Below, piece by piece: positions 1 through 9,187 of a stretch of 46,124 bases of DNA (position 1 is its first letter; each line of letters opens with the position of its first letter). The DNA comes from Rheinheimera sp. GTDB taxonomy: Bacteria; Pseudomonadota; Gammaproteobacteria; Enterobacterales; Alteromonadaceae. The notes beneath the pieces are model-generated. The model was not told the origin of the DNA and did no database searches. It was given only the letters and a program-made list of their open reading frames with translations. The translations under genes were made by a program, and so were the position numbers. Where the stretch lies: assembly GCF_036568245.1 (NCBI RefSeq), contig NZ_DATCSY010000371.1, positions 1 through 46,124 of the forward strand, read 5' to 3'.

Positions 1-753
1 GGCTTCAAGTCCGGTGGTTTTGATATGCGGGCAAACCAGTCAATTAACCCCGATGCTGACGAGCCGTATCAGGAAGAAACCGTTGATACCTATGAGCTTG
101 GGATGAAAAGCGAGTGGCTCGAGCAGCGCTTACGTCTGAATGCTGCGGTATTCATGTCTTCTTATGATGATATGCAGGTAACAGTACAGCGTTCGGTTGA
201 GACATCACCCGGCGTCATCACCGTTGCTTCTCAGGTGTTAAATGCCGCCAGTGCCGATATTAACGGTGTCGAGTTGGAGGCGCAGTTCGCTGTCAGCCGC
301 AGCTTCGATATCAGCATGATTGTTGGTTATGTTGATGCCAGTTTTAACAAGGTGGAGTTTTTCGACCCTAACCAGCAGCAGGTTGTTGATGTATCTGATG
401 TTTGGGCTTTCGCCAATACGCCTGAACTGACTGCAACCCTGGCCGGTAAGTACAGCATTGCAACCGATGTGGGCGAATTTGTCATTACCGCCAATATGGC
501 GCACCGCAGTGAAACCCAGATTTTTGAGACGCCATCTTTGCTCGATTATGGTGGTTACACGTTGTTTAATGCCGGCGTAAACTGGTATTCAAATGACGGC
601 CACTGGGATATTTCACTGCAGGGTAAAAACCTGGGAGATAAGCAGGCACGTATTGCCGGTTATAACTTCGGTGTTGCAGCTCTTGATACATCGGTGTTGG
701 GTTTCTACATAGACCCGCGCACAGTTAGTCTGAGTGTCGGTTACCGCTTCTGA
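1..753 (+). CDS. TonB-dependent receptor, C-terminal part (5' end outside window)
   Basis: Frame is open from base 1 (GFKSGGFDMR). It contains the YELGMKS and GKNLGDK beta-barrel motifs and ends in the outer-membrane signature PRTVSLSVGYRF. Confidence 0.92.
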   Translation, partial: GFKSGGFDMRANQSINPDADEPYQEETVDTYELGMKSEWLEQRLRLNAAVFMSSYDDMQVTVQRSVETSPGVITVASQVLNAASADINGVELEAQFAVSRSFDISMIVGYVDASFNKVEFFDPNQQQVVDVSDVWAFANTPELTATLAGKYSIATDVGEFVITANMAHRSETQIFETPSLLDYGGYTLFNAGVNWYSNDGHWDISLQGKNLGDKQARIAGYNFGVAALDTSVLGFYIDPRTVSLSVGYRF

Positions 754-767
754 TTAACAAAACACTT

Positions 768-787
768 GCCGGGGCGAAAGCCCCGGT
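768..787 (+). terminator. GNRA-loop hairpin after the TBDR (weak terminator or stabiliser)
   Basis: gccggggc-gaaa-gccccggt, with no strong U tract. Confidence 0.45.
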
Positions 788-820
788 TCATTATGGGCCA
801 AAAGGCTCAGATCCGGATTT

Positions 821-1468
821 ATGATTGCTTTAATTGCTGATGACCACCCGTTGTTCCGGGTTGCTTTATCCCAGGCGTGCGCCAACATTCTTGGTGCCGA
901 TGCCCTGCTGTTACAAGCGCAGAATATGCAGCAACTCTGGCCGCTGTTACGGGCCCACCCTGATACCAACTTTATTTTTCTCGATCTTAAAATGCCCGGC
1001 TCAGACGGCTTTACCGGCTTAACGGCGCTGCGCACTGAATATCCAGACGTGCCGGTTATCATGGTGTCGGCAGAAGAAGACCCGGTCATAATTAAACAGG
1101 CGCTGACCTTAGGCGCCGCTGCTTATATTCCCAAATCAGCCCCGCTGGAGCTGTTATCGGAAGCCATCACTGCGGTGTTAAATGGCGACAGTTGGCTACC
1201 GGCCGAGCTGGAGCAGGATGTACGTAATGCCAAGCCGCTGATTGATGAAGATTTCGCTCACCGGCTGGAACAACTTACCCCCCAACAGTTCCGCGTGTTA
1301 AAAATGATTGCCGACGGCCTGCTGAATAAGCAAATTGCTTATGAAATGAACGTGCAGGAAACCACCATTAAACAGCATGTGTCGGCTATACTGCGCAAGT
1401 TAAATGTAAATAACCGAACTTTAGCCGGTATTATGTTTGAGAAATTACGTCTGCCAGAGCAGGTTTAA
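821..1468 (+). CDS. NarL/LuxR-family response regulator (CrbR/ErdR-like)
   Basis: REC domain (IADDHP, DLKMPG) plus LuxR HTH (LTPQQ..GLLNKQIA..TIKQHVSAILRKL). Convergent with, and overlapping by 4 bp, the SLC5 kinase. Confidence 0.93.
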   Translation: MIALIADDHPLFRVALSQACANILGADALLLQAQNMQQLWPLLRAHPDTNFIFLDLKMPGSDGFTGLTALRTEYPDVPVIMVSAEEDPVIIKQALTLGAAAYIPKSAPLELLSEAITAVLNGDSWLPAELEQDVRNAKPLIDEDFAHRLEQLTPQQFRVLKMIADGLLNKQIAYEMNVQETTIKQHVSAILRKLNVNNRTLAGIMFEKLRLPEQV

Positions 1469-4400
1469 CGCAGTAAACGCTGAAAAAGTTTTTTTAGTGC
1501 CGCCGGTTTGAGTGGTTTTAGCAAAAAGTAATAGCCGGCATTTAATGCATGCTCACGTATTGCCTCGTTATGATCTGCCGAATGAATGACGACCGGTACA
1601 TTGACACCGAAATGCGCGGCCAGCTGCTCTGCCACTTCAACGCCGGTGGCGTTATTATCCAGATGATAATCAAACAGCAGGGCGTCAGGTTTAAAGCCTT
1701 GCTGCAGCGCCTGCAGTGCTTCCGACGGCTGACCGACAGCAATAACCTCTATTTGCCAGCTACGTAGCAGCTCGGCCACAGCGCTGCGTAATTGCGGTTC
1801 ATTATCCAGCAGTAAAATGGCCTTGCCAGTGAAGCTGGCCAGCGTATCGGGTTTTGCGGCTACTGAGGTGGTTAACTCTACCGGGGCGGCTAATGGCAGT
1901 GTGACACTAAAGCAGCTGCCTTTGCCGGGCACAGACCACAGTGTAAGCGGATGACCTAAGATGGTAGTAATGCGACTGGCTATCGCCAGGCCAAGCCCGA
2001 GGCCACGTTGATCCTGTTGCTCACCTTGCTGGAATTCTTCAAAAATACGCTGCTGATCCTGCGCGGCTATACCAATGCCAGTATCCATTACGCATATTTG
2101 TAGATTAGCGCCGCGACGCTTTACTCCCAGCACGACTTTGCCAGTCGCTGTGTAGCGGATAGCATTAGCCAGCAGATTCTGGATCACGCGCTTTAACAGT
2201 TTGCGGTCGGTCGTGACAGCCAGTTTTGACGGCACATAACGCAGAGTCAGGCCTTTTTCCTCCGCCAGCACGGCGGCGTCACGGGCAATATCATCGAGTA
2301 ATGCACATAGGCTGACACTTTGTGGCTGCGCGCTGATAACGCCGGAATCCAATTTGGTCAGCTCCAGAATTGCACCCAGTAACTCTTCGGCTGAGTTTAA
2401 TGAGCTAATCAGGTTCTGGCTTAGCTGTTTAAGCTCCGGTGTGGTTTGCTTATCGCGCAGCAAACTGGCAAACAGTGCTGAGGCGTTAAACGGCTGCATT
2501 AAATCATGGCTGGCCGCCGCAAAGAAACGGGTTTTCGCCTGGGTGCTGGCTTCGATTTTTTGCTGCGCCTGCTGCAGCTGCTCGTTCAGCTGCTGCAAAG
2601 CCTGTGTGCGTTCAGCGACGCGTAGCTCCAGTTGTTGCTGCGTATTGATAAAAGCACTGACATCGCTGTAGGTGGTGACAAAGCCGCCACCGGGTAGCGG
2701 GTTGCCCTGCATTTCCAGTACGCTGCCATCTTGTTGACGGCGCTGAAACTTATAGGCACTGCCTTGTTTAAGATAGCTTAAGCGCTTTTGAATTTCCGCT
2801 TCGATATCTTCGCTGTCGATCAGGCCGCGCTGCAGGTTATAGCGGATCACATCAGCTACCGGCTTACCGACTTCAACCAGCCCGGCCGGATAGCTGAACA
2901 TATCAATGTAACGTTGGTTCCAGGCGATAAGCCGCAGGTCGGCATCTACTACGCTGATACCCTGGCTGATATTGTCGATGGTTGAGCGCAACAATGCCTG
3001 ATTAAACTGAAATACCTGGCTGGCTTCGTCAACAAAACGGGCAACAGATTCCAGTGGCAGGGCGGCATGGCGGCCACTGGCATCCATGATAAGCCGCATT
3101 GAAGCACCACCCACCACGGCAGCTAAACTACGCTCGGCAGCCTGCAGCAAATTCGCCGGAGCTTGTTGCTGCAATTCGTGTGGCTCTTTTAAATTACGTT
3201 GCAGCAGGCGCCGCGCTTCTTTTTCGCCGGCAAAGCGTTTTACCAACAGGTAGCAATCCTGCACCGATAAGTTAAGCGGCCTGTTGGCAGGGCTACTGAG
3301 CTGGGTGCGTAAAAAGCGCCCGCTTTCCAGCCATTCACCCACCCGGGTCACGCTGAACCGGCTGACCAGCAGTACCAGCAGGCAGTTCAGGCTCAGGCTA
3401 ACCAGTGTGCCGATGCTTATTACATCAGCGTTAAAGCCAAACAGTTGCTGAGGGGAAAGCTGTGAAATACCAAAAGGCCCCTGTACCAGCCAGCTGCTGC
3501 CAATTAAGCCGGCACGGCTCAGTTCTGGTAACAGAATGATGTATGCCCAGGCTGCAGCGCCACCGCATAAACCGGCAATAGCCCCCTGGCGGTTAATATT
3601 GCGGCTGAGTAACCCCAAAATAAGCGCCGGGGCCAGCTGGGCTACCAGCGCAAATGCCATAAGGCCAAGCTGTGCCAGCCCGGTTGCTGTGCCAATCCAG
3701 CGGTAGTAGACATAGCCCAGCGCCATCACGGTCAACATGGCGATACGGCGCAAGGTAGCGACTTTAATATGCCGGGTCTGACCGGATTGCCGGGCTGCCG
3801 TCCGATACAACAGCGGCGCCAGCAGTTCGTTGGTTATCATAATACCCAGCACCACGGTAGCGACGACAACCATACTTGTCGCTGCGGAAAAGCCGCCGAG
3901 GTACGCCAGTAACGCCATGTCAGTGCGCTGGGCGGCCAGCGGCAACTGCAGGATCACCAGATCGATATTGGCATCAGCGCCCAGTAGCATTACGCCAGCC
4001 AGTGCCAGCGGTAACGTAAACATGCCCATTAGCAACAGATAAAGCGGAAAAATCCAGCGTGCGCTGCGTAAGTGGCCGAGGTGCTGGTTTTCCACGAAGG
4101 TGACATGAAACTGGCGCGGCAGACATAAGGTGGCGGCAAAGCCCAGCAACACATGCAGCCAGTAGGTATGCGCCGGCAATGCTTGCTGCTGCAGCTGCTG
4201 CACTGCCTGACTGTGGGATGCAAGCTGGAAAATCTGGCCTACGCCATCATACATACCCCAGAATACAAAAGCGGCAATCGCCAGCAATGCCAGTAATTTC
4301 ACCAGCGACTCAAAGGCAATTGCCGTCATCAGCCCGGGGTTTGGCTGATGCGCTTTGGCACTACGGCTGACAAACAACAACGCGAATACCGCCATCCATA

Positions 4401-4920
4401 GACTGACATAGAGGCCGGTATCCGTGTACCAGCTGTCATCCGGTGTGCTGCTGACCAGCGTATTGATACTGGTTGATACCGCCTGCAGTTGCAGCGCGAT
4501 ATAGGGGATCACCGACATTAGCAAAATCAGCGTCGTTATCACGGCCAGTACACGGGAGTGGCCAAACCGGGTAGCGACAAAGTCGGCAACCGAGGTAATA
4601 CGATAGCGCCGGCAGGCCAGTGCAATGCGGGCGACCAGTTTAAAACCGAACCAGAACAATAAAAACGAGCCGATATAGGTTGGCGGCATCCACCAGCCAT
4701 TTACTGCAGCTTGTGCGGTAACACCATAGAATGCCCAGGACGTACAATAGATAGACAAGGCAAAGCTAAACACCCAGGGGGCCAGCGGGTGCTTGCTGTT
4801 TATGCGCCGGCCGAATACGCCGACACTGAACAGAATAAGCAGGTAGATAAGCGAAAGCGCAGCAATGGTACCAAGACCAATGCTGCTGCCGTTTAATATC
4901 ATAAGCTCAGGCGTTGCCAT
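1465..4920 (-). CDS. CrbS/MxtR-like hybrid sensor kinase (sodium:solute symporter + PAS + HisKA + HATPase + REC)
   Basis: SLC5 motifs SIYCTSWAFYG, PYIALQL and LPRQFHV; PAS QGISVVDADLRLIAWN; H-box ASHDLMQP; G boxes DTGIGI and GLGLGLAI; C-terminal REC domain. Confidence 0.93.
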   Translation of the reverse strand: MATPELMILNGSSIGLGTIAALSLIYLLILFSVGVFGRRINSKHPLAPWVFSFALSIYCTSWAFYGVTAQAAVNGWWMPPTYIGSFLLFWFGFKLVARIALACRRYRITSVADFVATRFGHSRVLAVITTLILLMSVIPYIALQLQAVSTSINTLVSSTPDDSWYTDTGLYVSLWMAVFALLFVSRSAKAHQPNPGLMTAIAFESLVKLLALLAIAAFVFWGMYDGVGQIFQLASHSQAVQQLQQQALPAHTYWLHVLLGFAATLCLPRQFHVTFVENQHLGHLRSARWIFPLYLLLMGMFTLPLALAGVMLLGADANIDLVILQLPLAAQRTDMALLAYLGGFSAATSMVVVATVVLGIMITNELLAPLLYRTAARQSGQTRHIKVATLRRIAMLTVMALGYVYYRWIGTATGLAQLGLMAFALVAQLAPALILGLLSRNINRQGAIAGLCGGAAAWAYIILLPELSRAGLIGSSWLVQGPFGISQLSPQQLFGFNADVISIGTLVSLSLNCLLVLLVSRFSVTRVGEWLESGRFLRTQLSSPANRPLNLSVQDCYLLVKRFAGEKEARRLLQRNLKEPHELQQQAPANLLQAAERSLAAVVGGASMRLIMDASGRHAALPLESVARFVDEASQVFQFNQALLRSTIDNISQGISVVDADLRLIAWNQRYIDMFSYPAGLVEVGKPVADVIRYNLQRGLIDSEDIEAEIQKRLSYLKQGSAYKFQRRQQDGSVLEMQGNPLPGGGFVTTYSDVSAFINTQQQLELRVAERTQALQQLNEQLQQAQQKIEASTQAKTRFFAAASHDLMQPFNASALFASLLRDKQTTPELKQLSQNLISSLNSAEELLGAILELTKLDSGVISAQPQSVSLCALLDDIARDAAVLAEEKGLTLRYVPSKLAVTTDRKLLKRVIQNLLANAIRYTATGKVVLGVKRRGANLQICVMDTGIGIAAQDQQRIFEEFQQGEQQDQRGLGLGLAIASRITTILGHPLTLWSVPGKGSCFSVTLPLAAPVELTTSVAAKPDTLASFTGKAILLLDNEPQLRSAVAELLRSWQIEVIAVGQPSEALQALQQGFKPDALLFDYHLDNNATGVEVAEQLAAHFGVNVPVVIHSADHNEAIREHALNAGYYFLLKPLKPAALKKLFQRLLR

Positions 4921-4964
4921 ATTTATTATTATCGCTTGATTGTGCCTGAGTTTTTAACCAGCGG

Positions 4965-5714
4965 CTAGCGTGCCGTCCAGCCACCGTCCAACACTAAGGT
5001 CTGGGCAGTGATATGGCGCGCGGCGCTACTGCATAAGAACGTAGCTGTGCCGGCTATTTCATCAACCCCAATAAAGGCTTTTTGCGGCATAGGTGCCAGC
5101 ATTATCTGCTCGACGACCTGCTGCTCTGTCAGGTTATGCTCTTTGGCCTGATCCGCTATTTGCCGCTCAACCAGTGGCGTTTTGACATAAGCCGGGCAGA
5201 TAGTGTTGATAGTGATATCTTTGTCAGCATTCTCAAGTGCGACCACTTTACTAAAGCCCAACAGACCGTGTTTAGCAGCCACATATGCCGATTTAAAAGG
5301 AGAGGCGACCAGCGCATGAATAGAACCAATATTAATGATGCGACCAAAATTACGCTGGCGCATTGCCGGTAACATAGCGCGACTCAACATCGCGGGTCCG
5401 GTCAGCATGACATTGATAAGCATTGCCCACTTTTCCGGCGGAAAATCTTCCAGTCTTGCAATATGCTGGATACCGGCATTGTTCACCAGAATATCAACCT
5501 GAAACCTGTTCGCGCAGCTAGTGATAGATGCCGCGTCGGTAACATCCAGTACTATACCTTCGGCCTGATAGCCTTGTTGCCTTAGCTGTGCCACTTTGCT
5601 GTCAATGGCGTCCTGCTGCAAATCAGCAATGACAACACTATGGCCTTCTGCTGCAAATTGGCTGGCGATGGCAAAGCCAATACCGCCAGTACCGCCAGTA
5701 ATGAGAACCTGCAT
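4965..5714 (-). CDS. bdhA: 3-hydroxybutyrate dehydrogenase (SDR)
   Basis: TGGTGGIG, NNAGIQH, SPFKSAYVAAKHG and ICPAYVKTPLV..QI are typical of BdhA. ATG 5714 has a GGAGG RBS. Confidence 0.9.
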   Translation of the reverse strand: MQVLITGGTGGIGFAIASQFAAEGHSVVIADLQQDAIDSKVAQLRQQGYQAEGIVLDVTDAASITSCANRFQVDILVNNAGIQHIARLEDFPPEKWAMLINVMLTGPAMLSRAMLPAMRQRNFGRIINIGSIHALVASPFKSAYVAAKHGLLGFSKVVALENADKDITINTICPAYVKTPLVERQIADQAKEHNLTEQQVVEQIMLAPMPQKAFIGVDEIAGTATFLCSSAARHITAQTLVLDGGWTAR

Positions 5715-5774
5715 GTTGTTGCCTCCGTATAAACTGTCTGTCGTTATGCTAGAGGCTGTAGTGAAAAGCAGCAA

Positions 5775-5790
5775 CGGTACTTTAGTGCTA
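5775..5790 (-). promoter_or_regulatory. Candidate LuxR/CrbR-type inverted repeat upstream of bdhA
   Basis: Minus strand tagcac-taaa-gtaccg is an imperfect AC-N4-GT palindrome just upstream of a TAGCAT -10-like element. Confidence 0.35.
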
Positions 5791-6058
5791 TAGCGAAGAG
5801 TTTAGTTTATATCGTTCGCTGGTATGTAATGTGATGTTAGATGGCTGAATGTGTAGCTAAGGTTTGGTAACCCAATATGTGTATGGTACAGTTTGTCTGA
5901 TTATAAAAAATAACTTTGCCTGGCTGGCATATTTATCACGTATAAACATGTATTTTTTGCTTTTTAAGCATGTAATTAGGTTTTAATGTGCATAACTGAA
6001 TGTTATGAAGGTTTGAGGTTCGGCCAAGCGACATAAACATCTACTCTGAGGACTTAAA

Positions 6059-7660
6059 ATGTCTGCTCCTGACAACGTATCAACTACGGGCTCGGCTAAA
6101 GGCGGCTGGTTTAACCGCTTTCTTGCCACCGTAGAGTGGCTGGGTAATTTGCTGCCGCACCCGATAACACTTTTTGCATGTTTTTCGCTATTTATTATTA
6201 TCTTAAGCGGTATTTTAGGTTTTTTCGGTGTAAGTGTCGAAGACCCCCGCCCGCTGGGCGCCGCCGGGCGCTCAGCAGATGGCATTATTTCCGTGGTGTC
6301 GCTGGTCAGTGCCGAAGGTTTACAGCGTATTGTCACTGGCCTGGTAACTAACTTTACCGGTTTTGCTCCACTGGGGACGGTATTAGTCGCGCTGTTGGGG
6401 GTGGCCGTTGCAGAGCATTCCGGATTGTTATCCGCAGCAATGCGGGCACTGGTATTAAAAGCGCCGGCAAAACTGGTTACGTTAACCGTGGTGTTTGCCG
6501 GGGTGGTGTCTAATACCGCGTCTGAGCTGGGCTATGTGGTGTTAGTGCCAATGGCGGCAATGATCTTCCATTCACTGGGCCGCCACCCACTGGCGGGGCT
6601 GGCCGCTGCCTTTGCCGGCGTTTCCGGTGGTTACAGCGCGAACCTGTTTTTAGGCACTATAGATCCGCTGCTATCAGGTATCACCACAGAAGCGGCGCAT
6701 ATTATTGACCCTGGCTATACCGTCGGACCGGAAGCGAACTACTTTTTCATGTTCATCAGTACCTTTATGATTGCTATTTTGGGCGCGGTGATTACCGAAA
6801 AAATTGTTGAACCACGGTTAGGGAAGTTTAAGCCGGAAGACGCAGCGCAGGATATACCGCAACAAGACATGCAATCACTTACCGCTGCCGAAAAAGCAGG
6901 TCTGCGCAATGCCGGTATCGCTTTACTGTTGGTGTTGGCAGTGCTCGCATTAACCATCATGCCGCCGCTGGGTGGGGTGCTGTTACATCCTAAGACCGGC
7001 GAGCTGTCTGGTTCGCCGTTTCTGAAAGGTATTGTTGCTTTTATCTTTATCACCTTTGCGATACCTGGCTTTGTTTACGGTAAGACTGTTGGTGTGATGA
7101 AAAATGACAAAGACGTTATCAATGCGATGTCAAAAGGTATGAGCACTCTTGGCATGTATATTGTGTTGGTATTCTTCGCATCGCAGTTTGTCGCCTTCTT
7201 TAACTGGACTAACCTGGGCACGGTGTTAGCGGTGAAAGGTGCGGCGCTGTTAACCGCACTGGGGTTAGATGGGCCTGAAGTGTTTGCACTGTTCATTTTG
7301 ATGTGCGCGCTGGTCAACCTTTCTTTGGGCAGTTCATCAGCGCAGTGGGCAATTACTGCACCGATATTTGTACCCATGTTGATGCTGATCGGATTTGCGC
7401 CGGAGGTAATACAAGCGGCTTACCGGATTGGTGATTCAGTGACCAATTTAATCACGCCGATGATGAGCTATTTTGGCCTCATTCTGGCGGTGGCCAGCCG
7501 TTATCAGAAAAACCTGGGTATAGGCACGCTGGTGGCAACGATGCTGCCTTACTCGATGTTCTTTCTACTGGGCTGGACAGTGCTGTTTTATATCTGGGTA
7601 TTCTTGTTTGGTTTACCGGTAGGGCCGGGCGCGCCAACCTATTATCAGCCTGCAGGGTAA
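6059..7660 (+). CDS. AbgT-family transporter (p-aminobenzoyl-glutamate/YdaH-like)
   Basis: GNLLPHP, NFTGFAPLG, GRHPLAGL..AFAGVSGGYSAN and AAYRIGDS motifs. Confidence 0.93.
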   Translation: MSAPDNVSTTGSAKGGWFNRFLATVEWLGNLLPHPITLFACFSLFIIILSGILGFFGVSVEDPRPLGAAGRSADGIISVVSLVSAEGLQRIVTGLVTNFTGFAPLGTVLVALLGVAVAEHSGLLSAAMRALVLKAPAKLVTLTVVFAGVVSNTASELGYVVLVPMAAMIFHSLGRHPLAGLAAAFAGVSGGYSANLFLGTIDPLLSGITTEAAHIIDPGYTVGPEANYFFMFISTFMIAILGAVITEKIVEPRLGKFKPEDAAQDIPQQDMQSLTAAEKAGLRNAGIALLLVLAVLALTIMPPLGGVLLHPKTGELSGSPFLKGIVAFIFITFAIPGFVYGKTVGVMKNDKDVINAMSKGMSTLGMYIVLVFFASQFVAFFNWTNLGTVLAVKGAALLTALGLDGPEVFALFILMCALVNLSLGSSSAQWAITAPIFVPMLMLIGFAPEVIQAAYRIGDSVTNLITPMMSYFGLILAVASRYQKNLGIGTLVATMLPYSMFFLLGWTVLFYIWVFLFGLPVGPGAPTYYQPAG

Positions 7661-7676
7661 TACTGTTACCGGAAAT

Positions 7677-7705
7677 AAAAAAACCGCACTTTCGTGCGGT
7701 TTTTT
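7677..7705. terminator. Bidirectional intrinsic terminator
   Basis: aaaaaaaccgcac-tttc-gtgcggtttttt between convergent genes. Confidence 0.88.
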
Positions 7706-7706
7706 A

Positions 7707-8732
7707 TTAACTATTGCTGGCAGTAGATTCACGTACCAGTAATTCCGGAATAAAGACCGGTTGTTTGTCAGTAAGGTTCTTACTGGCATTCGGTTTGGTA
7801 TGACGGAACAACAGCTCTGCCGCTTGCTGCGCTATGGTCACGTTTGGCTGATGTGCAGTGGTTAGCGGCGGCCAGGTCTGGCGCGAGAATGGACTGTTCT
7901 CAAAGCCGGCAATGGCCAGTTGCTGCGGTATAGCAATGTTCATCAGCCGCGCACTGAACAGGGCACCTGCCGCAATCTCGTCATTACAGGCAAAAATAGC
8001 TGTCGGCTTTTTGCTCAGTTCCATCAGTTTAGTCGCGCCTTTTACACCTGATTCAAATGAATAGCTGCCGGGCACAATAAATTTGGGGTTCGCAGCGATA
8101 CCACGTTTTGCCAAAGCGGCCTGATAACCCGCCAGACGTTCGCCACTGGAGCTGTGTTCTTCTTCACCACACAGGAAAGCAATATCAGTATGGCCGAGTT
8201 CGAGCAGGTGATTGGTAATTTTAAATGCTGCTGTAAAGTCGTCGATCAGCACGCAGTTACTCAGTTTAGGTGACGGCGTTGAACCAGAGATGATACGGAC
8301 AAAATGTACGCCGATTTTTTCCAGTGCTGCGGCGATGTGCGGCATTTCCGAAAATGGCGGTGTCAGCACCAGACCTGCCAGACGTGAATGCTGCACCAGA
8401 TCGATGACCTCCTGCACAATGTCCGGTGATTTGGCATTAGTCGGGTGGATCAGTAATTCATAGCCGTGCTTACGGCAGGCATCAAGCAAGCCGCGCTGCA
8501 TATCAATAACGTAGTAGGCATTAGGGTTGTCGTAAATATAGCCAATGCTGAAAGAGCGGCTGCTGGCAAGGTTACGGGCGGCGGCATTCGGCTGATACTG
8601 CAGCTCATTAATCGCTGCCTGCACCTTATCTACCGTATCTTTTCGAACGGAAGGTTCGTTATTCATGACTCTGGATACCGTTTTTATCGATACCCCGGCG
8701 TGACGGGCAACGTCATTAATCGTGACTTTCAT
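7707..8732 (-). CDS. nagR: LacI-family repressor of GlcNAc utilisation (NagR)
   Basis: LacI HTH (TINDVARHAGVSIKTVSRV) plus sugar-binding domain. Divergent from the nag cluster, which carries repeated LacI-type palindromes. Confidence 0.85.
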   Translation of the reverse strand: MKVTINDVARHAGVSIKTVSRVMNNEPSVRKDTVDKVQAAINELQYQPNAAARNLASSRSFSIGYIYDNPNAYYVIDMQRGLLDACRKHGYELLIHPTNAKSPDIVQEVIDLVQHSRLAGLVLTPPFSEMPHIAAALEKIGVHFVRIISGSTPSPKLSNCVLIDDFTAAFKITNHLLELGHTDIAFLCGEEEHSSSGERLAGYQAALAKRGIAANPKFIVPGSYSFESGVKGATKLMELSKKPTAIFACNDEIAAGALFSARLMNIAIPQQLAIAGFENSPFSRQTWPPLTTAHQPNVTIAQQAAELLFRHTKPNASKNLTDKQPVFIPELLVRESTASNS

Positions 8733-8807
8733 ACTGTAAATTTTGCCCCCGTGAGATGGACCTAGCGCTGCATAAATCTGTTTGTCTGCTGCACCTTAGT
8801 ATAAAAA

Positions 8808-8822
8808 TGACAGCGCTGGTCA
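8808..8822. promoter_or_regulatory. Degenerate NagR operator (autoregulation)
   Basis: tgacagcgctggtca, upstream of nagR. Confidence 0.55.
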
Positions 8823-9080
8823 ACAATTAGATCGTTTTAAACTAATGGATACCTTTTTTTTGCTGCAACGGCAAATACTAATTTAAAAAAGATTGGTTTA
8901 TTTATACAACTAAAAGACCCACTCTCGTTGTTTATTTTATTAAGTTTTTGAATTTAATTGTTTTTATTTTATTTTTCGTGATGTGGCAAATAGTTATCAA
9001 CTTGTATGCTTTACCATCTGTAGTCAGAGTCCTGTTCAGAGTTGCTTACAAAATTCGTCTAAAATTTCATCGAATCTGGT

Positions 9081-9109
9081 TTGCAAACGGAAATTTTTTT
9101 GTGTATGTT
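9081..9109 (+). promoter_or_regulatory. Sigma70 promoter for the TBDR
   Basis: TTGCAA-17 bp-TATGTT, followed closely by an operator. Confidence 0.6.
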
Positions 9110-9116
9110 GAAGTTT

Positions 9117-9134
9117 AATGACAGCGTTGTCATT
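9117..9134. promoter_or_regulatory. NagR operator
   Basis: aatgacagcgttgtcatt palindrome with central CG. Confidence 0.8.
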
Positions 9135-9187
9135 GAGTGTCCGGGAAGTTCGACAATAAAATCAGAGAACAGGAATGGGAGAAGCAT

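Noticed and set aside
8830-9080. AT-rich stretch as foreign DNA or a replication origin
   Set aside because: Explained as the divergent nagR/TBDR promoter region. No DnaA-box cluster or mobility genes were seen.
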